Shown piece after piece: positions 56,771 through 64,000 of a stretch of 64,000 nucleotides of DNA. Location: contig CAXXCR010000012.1 of the NCBI GenBank assembly GCA_963668015.2, positions 162,892-226,891 on the forward strand, in the 5' to 3' direction. The position numbers were made by a program, and so were the translations under genes. Under the pieces are notes generated by a model, which worked only from the letters and a program-made list of their open reading frames with translations, made no database searches and was not told the origin of the DNA. Every line of letters begins with the position of its first letter. The stretch's first letter is position 1. The DNA is from an uncultured Ilyobacter sp. (GTDB taxonomy: Bacteria; Fusobacteriota; Fusobacteriia; Fusobacteriales; Fusobacteriaceae).

Positions 56771-59605
56771 ATGTTGGATAAAATAGTTATAAAAGGTGCC
56801 AGAGAACATAATTTAAAAAATATAAATTTAGAAATTCCGAAAAATAAATTTATCGTAATAACCGGCGTGAGTGGGAGCGGAAAATCAAGCCTTGCCTTCG
56901 ATACGCTTTATTCTGAAGGGCAAAGGCGTTATGTTGAGAGCCTATCGGCCTACGCCAGGCAGTTTATAGGGCAGATGAACAAGCCGGATGTGGACAGCAT
57001 AGAGGGACTGTCTCCTGCGATCTCAATAGAACAAAAGACCACCAGTAAAAATCCAAGGTCGACAGTGGGGACGATAACGGAGATTTACGATTATATGAGG
57101 CTTCTTTTCGCACATATAGGTACAGCCCACTGTCCTGTATGTGGCAGGGTTGTGGAAAAGCAGAGTATACAGGAGATAGTGGAAGGCGTGCTGGAAAACT
57201 TTGAAGACGGCGACAAGCTTATGGTGCTTTCCCCGGTTGTAAAAGGGAAAAAGGGAACCCACAAAAATCTTTTTATAAATCTTTTAAAAAAGGGGTTTGT
57301 AAGGGCAAGAGTCAACGGAGAGATACTCTATTTAGAAGATGAGATAGAGCTAAACAAGAATAAAAAGCATAATATAGAAGTGGTAGTGGATAGACTTGTA
57401 CTGAAAAAAGAAGATAAGGATTTCCAGGCTAGATTTACAGAGTCTGTTGAGAGTGCAGCCATACTTTCAGATGGAAGGGTAATGATAGATAGAAATGGTT
57501 CTGATTACTCATATAGCGAGAACTTTGCCTGTCCAGACCATGATGTGGACTTTCCAGATGTAAACCCTAGGTTGTTTTCATTTAACGCTCCTTATGGTGC
57601 CTGTGATGAGTGCAACGGTATAGGTAAAAAACTGGAGATAGACGAAAGCAGACTTGTAATAGATGAAAAACTTTCAATAAGAGATGGAGCACTTTATATA
57701 CCTGGAGGTAGTACAAAGAGAGGGTATGTCTGGAATATTTTTGAATCAATGGCAAAGGCTTTTGGTATAGATATGGACATTCCGTTTAAAGAGATAGATG
57801 AACAGAAAAAACAGGTGATATTTTATGGATCTGGAGGTAGAAGATTCAGGGTAGATTATAGGGGAAGAGATTTTTCATATAACGGAATGAAGGAATTTGA
57901 AGGCATAGTTAGAAATTTGGAAAGAAGGTATTATGAGACAAATTCCGAGTCTATGAAAGATGAGATAGAAAACAAGTATATGGTGGAAAGGGTATGTAAG
58001 GTATGCAGCGGTAGAAGACTGAAGCCCGAGGTTTTGGCCATATCTGTAAACAGTATGAATATAATGGATATATGTTTTTTAAGTATCAAAGAAGCTCTGA
58101 AATTTTTCAGCAACTTAGAACTCACTGAAAAACAAGAATTTATAGCCAAGGATATCTTAAAAGAGATAAAGGAAAGGCTTTCCTTTATGATAAATGTAGG
58201 CTTAGACTACCTTACACTCTCTCGAGAGACAAAGACCCTTTCTGGTGGAGAGAGCCAAAGAATAAGGCTGGCTACGCAGATAGGTTCGGGATTAACCGGG
58301 GTATTATATGTATTAGATGAACCTAGTATAGGTCTACACCAAAGAGATAATGATAAACTGCTTACAACACTAAACAGATTGAAAAAACTGGGGAACACAC
58401 TTATAGTTGTGGAGCATGATGAAGACACTATGCTACAGGCAGACTACTTGCTAGACTTAGGGCCTGGAGCAGGTAGATTTGGAGGGGATATAGTTGCCTT
58501 TGGAACTCCAAAACAGGTAATGAGAAAAAAAGGGTCTATAACTGGAAAATTTTTAAAGGGAGAAATGTTTATAAGTGTACCTGAAAACAGGAGGGACATA
58601 AAAACCCATTTGACACTGAAGGGAGCCCAGGGGAATAATTTAAAAAAGATAGATGTTAAGATTCCTTTGGGAGTAATGACGGTGGTTACAGGGGTAAGCG
58701 GCAGCGGCAAATCAAGTCTTATAAGCCAGACTCTCTACCCTATACTGTTCAATAAGTTGAATAAGGGAAAACTCTATCCTTTGGAGAATAAAGGTTTGGA
58801 CGGCATAGAAAACTTGGATAAGGTTATAGAGATAGACCAGAGTCCTATAGGCAGAACTCCCAGGTCAAATCCGGCAACTTATACTAAGATGTTTGATGAT
58901 ATAAGAGAGTTATTTGCAGCCACAAAGGAAGCCAAAATAAAGGGATATAAGAAGGGAAGATTTTCTTTTAATGTAAAAGGCGGCAGATGTGAAGTTTGCC
59001 AGGGTGCAGGAATAATAAAAATCGAGATGAACTTTTTGCCAGATGTGTATGTTGAATGTGAGGTGTGCAAGGGGAAAAGGTATAACAAAGAAACTCTTGA
59101 GGTTCACTATAAAGGCAAGAATGTATCAGAAGTTCTGGATATGAGTGTAGGGGAAGCATATGATTTCTTCAAGGCTATTCCTTCACTTGAGAGAAGATTA
59201 AAGGTTCTAATTGATGTGGGTCTGGACTATATAAAGCTTGGACAGCCTGCAACTACCCTTTCGGGTGGTGAAGCTCAAAGGATAAAATTGGCTACAGAGT
59301 TAGCTAAAATGTCTAGAGGGCACACCATATATATTCTTGATGAACCGACTACCGGTCTACATTTCGAGGACATAAGGAAGCTCTTAGAGGTTCTGAATAG
59401 GCTGGTTGAAAAAGGCAACTCCGTACTGATAATTGAGCACAACCTGGATGTGATAAAAACAGCTGACTACATAATAGATGTGGGGCCTGAAGGTGGAGAC
59501 GGCGGTGGTCAGATAATTGCCAGCGGGACACCTGAACAGATAGCAGAGGAAAAAATATCTTATACTGGGTATTATTTGAAGAAAGCTTTGGAGAGAAAAA
59601 TATAA
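56771..59605 (+). CDS. uvrA: Excinuclease ABC subunit UvrA
   Basis: 944 aa. Two ABC modules (GVSGSGKSSL twice, LSGGE twice) and zinc-finger CxxC pairs. Confidence 0.97.
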   Translation: MLDKIVIKGAREHNLKNINLEIPKNKFIVITGVSGSGKSSLAFDTLYSEGQRRYVESLSAYARQFIGQMNKPDVDSIEGLSPAISIEQKTTSKNPRSTVGTITEIYDYMRLLFAHIGTAHCPVCGRVVEKQSIQEIVEGVLENFEDGDKLMVLSPVVKGKKGTHKNLFINLLKKGFVRARVNGEILYLEDEIELNKNKKHNIEVVVDRLVLKKEDKDFQARFTESVESAAILSDGRVMIDRNGSDYSYSENFACPDHDVDFPDVNPRLFSFNAPYGACDECNGIGKKLEIDESRLVIDEKLSIRDGALYIPGGSTKRGYVWNIFESMAKAFGIDMDIPFKEIDEQKKQVIFYGSGGRRFRVDYRGRDFSYNGMKEFEGIVRNLERRYYETNSESMKDEIENKYMVERVCKVCSGRRLKPEVLAISVNSMNIMDICFLSIKEALKFFSNLELTEKQEFIAKDILKEIKERLSFMINVGLDYLTLSRETKTLSGGESQRIRLATQIGSGLTGVLYVLDEPSIGLHQRDNDKLLTTLNRLKKLGNTLIVVEHDEDTMLQADYLLDLGPGAGRFGGDIVAFGTPKQVMRKKGSITGKFLKGEMFISVPENRRDIKTHLTLKGAQGNNLKKIDVKIPLGVMTVVTGVSGSGKSSLISQTLYPILFNKLNKGKLYPLENKGLDGIENLDKVIEIDQSPIGRTPRSNPATYTKMFDDIRELFAATKEAKIKGYKKGRFSFNVKGGRCEVCQGAGIIKIEMNFLPDVYVECEVCKGKRYNKETLEVHYKGKNVSEVLDMSVGEAYDFFKAIPSLERRLKVLIDVGLDYIKLGQPATTLSGGEAQRIKLATELAKMSRGHTIYILDEPTTGLHFEDIRKLLEVLNRLVEKGNSVLIIEHNLDVIKTADYIIDVGPEGGDGGGQIIASGTPEQIAEEKISYTGYYLKKALERKI

Positions 59606-59619
59606 ATTTAAATATTGAA

Positions 59620-60444
59620 GTGAAAGTGGTGATTAAAATAGATAATAGGGCTATAGGAGTTTTTGATTCTGGCCTTGGCGGCCTCACTGTAGTAAAAGAA
59701 CTTAGAAGATTGCTCCCAAATGAAAATATAGTTTACTTTGGCGATACTGCCAGGGTACCTTACGGGGCCAAATCTAAAACGGTTATTTTGAGATATTCAA
59801 AACAGATATCCAAATTTTTGATTACAAAGAATGTTAAAATGGTGGTAGTGGCTTGCAATACTGCAAGTTCTCTTGCCTTAGAAGAACTGAAAAATGAGCT
59901 GGATATACCGGTTGTGGGAGTTATAAAGGCAGGAAGCAGGAGGGCTGCAACATCCACTAAAAATAATATAGTGGGTGTAATAGGTACAAAAAAAACAGTA
60001 TCCAGCGAGGTTTACCTCAGGGAGATAAAAAGCATAAATCCAGATATAACCGTGAGGCAGAAAGCCTGCCCGCTGTTCGTTCCGTTGGTGGAAGAGGGAC
60101 TGGAGAATGATATAATAACAGAAGAGATGGCTGAAAGGTATCTTCTAGAGGTAAGGGATGAAATTGATACTTTGGTCTTAGGATGTACCCACTATCCCCT
60201 TTTGAAGAATGTGATAAAAAGAGTCGTCACTGAACACAATATAAATCTTATAAATCCAGCTGAGGAAACGGCCATTGATGTAATGTACACCTTAAGCGAA
60301 TTAAACCTTCTCGGCGGGGAAGAAAAAAAAGGGGAGACAGAGTTTTATGTGAGTGATTCGCCAAATGATTTTGAAAAGCTTGGTGGGATATTTTTGAATG
60401 CCTCCCTGAATAATGTTGAAATGGTTGACATAGAAAAATATTAA
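59620..60444 (+). CDS. murI: Glutamate racemase
   Basis: 274 aa. IGVFDSGLGGLTV, VVACNTAS and LGCTHYPL catalytic Cys motifs. Exact start ambiguous (GTG 59620, 59626 or 59629). Confidence 0.93.
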   Translation: MKVVIKIDNRAIGVFDSGLGGLTVVKELRRLLPNENIVYFGDTARVPYGAKSKTVILRYSKQISKFLITKNVKMVVVACNTASSLALEELKNELDIPVVGVIKAGSRRAATSTKNNIVGVIGTKKTVSSEVYLREIKSINPDITVRQKACPLFVPLVEEGLENDIITEEMAERYLLEVRDEIDTLVLGCTHYPLLKNVIKRVVTEHNINLINPAEETAIDVMYTLSELNLLGGEEKKGETEFYVSDSPNDFEKLGGIFLNASLNNVEMVDIEKY

Positions 60445-60454
60445 GGAGATTGAT

Positions 60455-61054
60455 ATGTTTGAATATATAAAAGGTATACTGGAAGTGAAAAAGCCCGAGT
60501 ATGTATCCTTGGACGTCAACGGAGTGGGGTATAAAATATATATATCATTAAAGACATATGACAAGCTTAAACTAGGTACGGAAGAGAAGCTTTGCATATA
60601 CACTTATGTAAAAGAGGACACTTTTAAACTGATAGGTTTTTATGACGAAAGGGAAAGGGATATGTTTCAGCTGCTTTTAAATGTCAATGGGATAGGTATA
60701 AGCTTGGCACTGGCAATTCTGTCTACCTTTGATGTTTCTGATTTGAAGAAGGCCATTTTGGAAAACGATATAAACCTTCTGATAAAGGTGCCCAAGCTCG
60801 GAAAAAAGAAAGCTGAAAAGCTTATAGTGGATCTTAGAGACAAGGTCGGGACATTGAGTATTTTCGACACAGTAGATGCTGGCGATACCAAAGAAAAGCT
60901 TAAACTGGAAGAGGATCTTTACCTTGCACTTGAAGCTTTGGGGTACAGTAAGAGGGATATATCAATGATAGTAAAGAAAGAGGATATTGAAAGATATACT
61001 GATATAGAAGAGGCTGTAAAAGATGTTTTGAAAAAAATACAGATTATGAAGTAG
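60455..61054 (+). CDS. ruvA: Holliday junction DNA helicase subunit RuvA
   Basis: 199 aa. MFEYIKG N-terminus and HhH motifs (VNGIGISLAL, VPKLGKKKAEKL). Confidence 0.93.
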   Translation: MFEYIKGILEVKKPEYVSLDVNGVGYKIYISLKTYDKLKLGTEEKLCIYTYVKEDTFKLIGFYDERERDMFQLLLNVNGIGISLALAILSTFDVSDLKKAILENDINLLIKVPKLGKKKAEKLIVDLRDKVGTLSIFDTVDAGDTKEKLKLEEDLYLALEALGYSKRDISMIVKKEDIERYTDIEEAVKDVLKKIQIMK

Positions 61055-61146
61055 AGCTTGTACCATGGCTCTATTTTTATACGTAGGAAATATTATATAT
61101 TGTTTGTATATATTTATGAAGAATAACGTTGAGGTAGGTGATTTAA

Positions 61147-61665
61147 ATGCAGGATAAAAAAAGGGGGGTCACCCTATTAGAACTTATGATAGTTGTGGCA
61201 ATAATAGCAATACTTGTTGGAATGGCTATGTTGGCCGCAAACAACAGGCATGAAAAAAATGAATACTTGCGTATGAAAACCAAGATACCTGAGTTTTTCA
61301 GGGTAATTGCGGACAAATCTTTTGAAGAGGGGAAAAGCTATAATATATATGTGACTCTTCCTTCTAAGATGGAGATATATGATGGCTCAACAAGTCCGGC
61401 GGCTTTAGAGGAAAAACTGGATCTGTCTCAAGCTCTGGAATATAAAATGAGTACTTCGGATTCTGCATTTAACACAACAGTTACAGGGAATTTGAATCAA
61501 AATTTTTCCATCTATATTTTTAATAAGGACGAGGACCCACTTTACAGAATAGCAATGTACGCTACTAGACCGTATGTAAGGTATCTTCAGGTCAATACAT
61601 ACAAACCGAAATCTACTGCTACTAAAGACAATTATTTAGTTAATGATAATTGGATAAAAGAATAG
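61147..61665 (+). CDS. Prepilin-type N-terminal cleavage/methylation domain protein (type IV pilin or competence pseudopilin)
   Basis: 172 aa. Class III signal KRG|VTLLELMIVVAIIAIL. Adjacent to comEC. Confidence 0.75.
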   Translation: MQDKKRGVTLLELMIVVAIIAILVGMAMLAANNRHEKNEYLRMKTKIPEFFRVIADKSFEEGKSYNIYVTLPSKMEIYDGSTSPAALEEKLDLSQALEYKMSTSDSAFNTTVTGNLNQNFSIYIFNKDEDPLYRIAMYATRPYVRYLQVNTYKPKSTATKDNYLVNDNWIKE

Positions 61666-61673
61666 AGTTCAAT

Positions 61674-61698
61674 GGGGGGATTTGAATCCCCCGTTTTT
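61674..61698 (+). terminator. Hairpin terminator after the pilin gene
   Basis: GGGGGA (61675-61680), loop TTTGAA, TCCCCC (61687-61692), then GTTTTT. Confidence 0.6.
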
Positions 61699-61717
61699 AA
61701 ATTGGAAGGTGAAAACA

Positions 61718-63421
61718 GTGGAGTCTATATATTTATTGTTTTTTACAAGTTTTTTATTTTTTTTATGTACAGTTATATTTGAGATGCCTGCAGTTTTTGT
61801 GCTTTTACTCTTTCTTTTCTCAAGTTTCTTCATCCTTGCTGTGTGGAGAGATGATAAAAAAATATTTTTACTCATCTGCAGTGCTGTTTTATTTTTTGCT
61901 TTTAGGTATGAGACTGCAGTATACAGGGGTAAAATTGAATACGGAGGCAGGCATAAATTTGTAGTATATCAAAGTGACGGCAGTTCTAAGATTGTGAAGG
62001 TGGACGGGAAATACATTAAAAAGCCTGTGTATGCAAGTCTGGATGGAGAAAATTTAGACAGCGGGATTTATGAAGTATACGGTAAAATAACGAAAGTAAA
62101 AAATATAGATAAGTTTTTGTATTTAGATATTGATGCAGATGGAATTTACAGGGGAAGCTTTGATAGGTATAGGAGAGCTTTATCAGAAAAGATAGACAAT
62201 ATTACCTGGACTTACCCGAGGGAGTTTAAGGGATTTTTAAAAGCAATACTGCTGGGGAACAAAGATGGAATAGATGAGGATATGAAGGAAAGATTTTCTT
62301 ATACCGGGACAGCCCATTTAATAGTTATTTCCGGACTTCACATAGGAATGATTACAGCTATTTGCATATTTATTCTAAACTTTTTAAAAATACCATATCA
62401 AGCAAGATATCTTCTATCCGCTTTATTTCTGAGCTTCTACTGTTTTTCTATAGGATTTTCCCCCTCTACTATGAGGGCTTATATAATGGGGATTATATAT
62501 TTGTTTTCTAAAATATTTTATGAAGAATCAGACCTAAAAAAATCATTATGTCTTGCTTTTATAGTTTCCAACTGTATAAATCCAACTGTTATTAGCTCAG
62601 TTTCATTTCAGCTTTCGTATATGGCACTGTTTGCTATAGCATTTGTTTTTCCAAGTTTGAAATTGTATGTAGAAAAAAACAGTTGTCTGAAAAATATAAG
62701 CGATAATAAATTTATTAAAATAGTATTGGATTTAATGCTGCTGAGCCTTTCAATACAGCTAAGCTTAACGCCGATATTTTTATACCATTTCAGGACTCTC
62801 CCGCTGCTGTCATTTTTAATAAATGTTTTGGCAGTTCCACTGGGAAGCTTGGTGGTGCAGGCTTCTTTTTTAGCACTGCTGTTGTCTTTTCTAGGTGTGG
62901 GACAGTTTTTGATTCCGCTTGTGTACTTTGGCTACAGGCTGCTGATTTTATTTATAGATGCGTCTTCAAAACTACCTCTTCTAAGCCTGGATTTTTATAC
63001 AAAGATATCTCCTTTTTTATTTGTATACCTCTACTTATGCCTACTGCTTGCAGTATTTTATGGACTCAGATCAAAGTACATTATAGTAGGATCTGTTTTT
63101 ATAGGAGTACTGCTGATTAATTTAAATCTGAGCAGCGGTAAAGCTATGCTTAGCTTTAATGGCAATGAGTATATAGGGAATGAAGACAAAATTTTAATAT
63201 TGAACAATGCCCTGAGAAAAAAGGATATATGGTTATTGAAAGACAACAGGGTCGGCGAGGTGGATCTTATAATAAGCAGGTCCAATGTTGATGATGAAGT
63301 TATAAAAGCATTTAAAGTGATACGCTCATTAAAGCTTAATAACGGGGAAACAGTGAGGTATAGAGATTATGTTTTTAAAAATACAAAGGACAGGATAAGT
63401 ATAGAAGGGCAGATTTATTGA
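61718..63421 (+). CDS. comEC: DNA internalization competence protein ComEC/Rec2 (no recognisable metallo-beta-lactamase motif)
   Basis: N-terminal TM + OB-like region. Competence domain (FSYTGTAHLIVISGLHIG). GTG 61718 follows GGAAGGTGA. The ORF-track TTG 61682 lies inside the pilin terminator hairpin. No HxHxDH in the C-terminal ~100 aa. Confidence 0.8.
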   Translation: MESIYLLFFTSFLFFLCTVIFEMPAVFVLLLFLFSSFFILAVWRDDKKIFLLICSAVLFFAFRYETAVYRGKIEYGGRHKFVVYQSDGSSKIVKVDGKYIKKPVYASLDGENLDSGIYEVYGKITKVKNIDKFLYLDIDADGIYRGSFDRYRRALSEKIDNITWTYPREFKGFLKAILLGNKDGIDEDMKERFSYTGTAHLIVISGLHIGMITAICIFILNFLKIPYQARYLLSALFLSFYCFSIGFSPSTMRAYIMGIIYLFSKIFYEESDLKKSLCLAFIVSNCINPTVISSVSFQLSYMALFAIAFVFPSLKLYVEKNSCLKNISDNKFIKIVLDLMLLSLSIQLSLTPIFLYHFRTLPLLSFLINVLAVPLGSLVVQASFLALLLSFLGVGQFLIPLVYFGYRLLILFIDASSKLPLLSLDFYTKISPFLFVYLYLCLLLAVFYGLRSKYIIVGSVFIGVLLINLNLSSGKAMLSFNGNEYIGNEDKILILNNALRKKDIWLLKDNRVGEVDLIISRSNVDDEVIKAFKVIRSLKLNNGETVRYRDYVFKNTKDRISIEGQIY

Positions 63422-63477
63422 AAAAAAGATTTAAATGTGTTATGTTATACTAAACTCTATATAGCAGGTGGTGTATT

Positions 63478-64000
63478 ATGAGAAGATTTTGGGAAGAGTT
63501 CAAATATTTAAATAGGGATATGCCAAAAACAACCAAATATATTTTGTGGGTTTTGGGTGGGTTATTTATGGCAAATGCTGCCAAAACAGTGGCATTCAAT
63601 CCGGCGATACTGCTGATAATAGCGGTACTGCTTATTTCTGTTGTGCTGCACGAGGTATCGCACGGTTATGTGGCTTATCTTTTTGGTGACAATACCGCCA
63701 AAAACCAGGGTCGTCTGACGCTGAATCCGATAAAGCATATGGACATGTTTGGAACCCTGCTGCCGCTATTTCTGATACTGACAGGGTCGACATTTATAAT
63801 AGGGTGGGCAAAACCGGTACCGGTTTCATTTGACCTGCTAAGAAGAAGAAAAAATGCTGTTTTCTTTGTATCCATAGCAGGGGTCACAATGAATTTTATA
63901 TTGGCGTTTATAGGGGCAAGCATAATAAAATTTTTCCCGAATTTTGTATATGCAGATCCATATGCCTACACTGTGGTGAACTACCTTATAAGGATAAACC
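63478..64000 (+). CDS. Site-2 protease family (M50) membrane metalloprotease, 3'-truncated by the window end
   Basis: ATG 63478. Reading frame stays open to the window end. HEVSHG (HExxH) inside a TM segment, followed by NTAKNQGRLTLNPIKHMDMFGTL. Confidence 0.75.
   Translation, partial: MRRFWEEFKYLNRDMPKTTKYILWVLGGLFMANAAKTVAFNPAILLIIAVLLISVVLHEVSHGYVAYLFGDNTAKNQGRLTLNPIKHMDMFGTLLPLFLILTGSTFIIGWAKPVPVSFDLLRRRKNAVFFVSIAGVTMNFILAFIGASIIKFFPNFVYADPYAYTVVNYLIRIN

Noticed and set aside
1-64000. Search for a mobile element, prophage or defence island (integrase, transposase, restriction-modification, toxin-antitoxin, Cas, abortive-infection genes)
   Set aside because: None of the ~53 ORFs shows motifs of these families. 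The only accessory-looking segment is the repeat-flanked 45.6-48.4 kb cassette, whose genes are metabolic or redox-repair in nature.

Overview
AT-rich (roughly one-third G+C by eye) chromosomal segment. Its gene content fits a low-GC diderm, most plausibly a Fusobacteriota-like organism; this is inferred from a full LPS-transport (Lpt) gene set sitting beside Firmicute-style housekeeping genes. About 53 CDS, nearly all on the + strand, and mostly core functions: thrS, alaS, mutS, uvrA, ruvA, ruvX, recR, secDF, minDE, rodA, accDA, pfkA, pyk, ppdK, ptsHI, glyA, murI, comEC. I found no integrase, transposase, CRISPR array, restriction-modification, toxin-antitoxin or recognisable defence genes, and no rRNA or tRNA genes, so this is largely an ordinary core region. 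The observations most worth follow-up are: (1) a 1091-aa protein directly upstream of lptB that reads as a membrane-anchored LptC-like head fused to many tandem LptA/OstA-like repeats, with a C-terminal Ig-like module; (2) a promoter, RBS, 13-codon Thr-rich mini-ORF (MLELLISTTETTD), long-range helix and strong terminator unit just upstream of thrS, which looks like a leader-peptide attenuator or an independent small RNA; (3) two direct copies of a ~270-295 bp structured repeat flanking a three-gene cassette, plus a hairpin-dense 0.6-kb noncoding island that shares the repeat's terminal 12-mer; (4) a secreted msrB broken by a frameshift in an A8 tract; (5) an APC permease fused to a PTS EIIA-2-like domain; (6) a GlgE-like GH13 protein whose catalytic Asp and Glu appear substituted. 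All coordinates and motifs were read by eye, and no database search was run.
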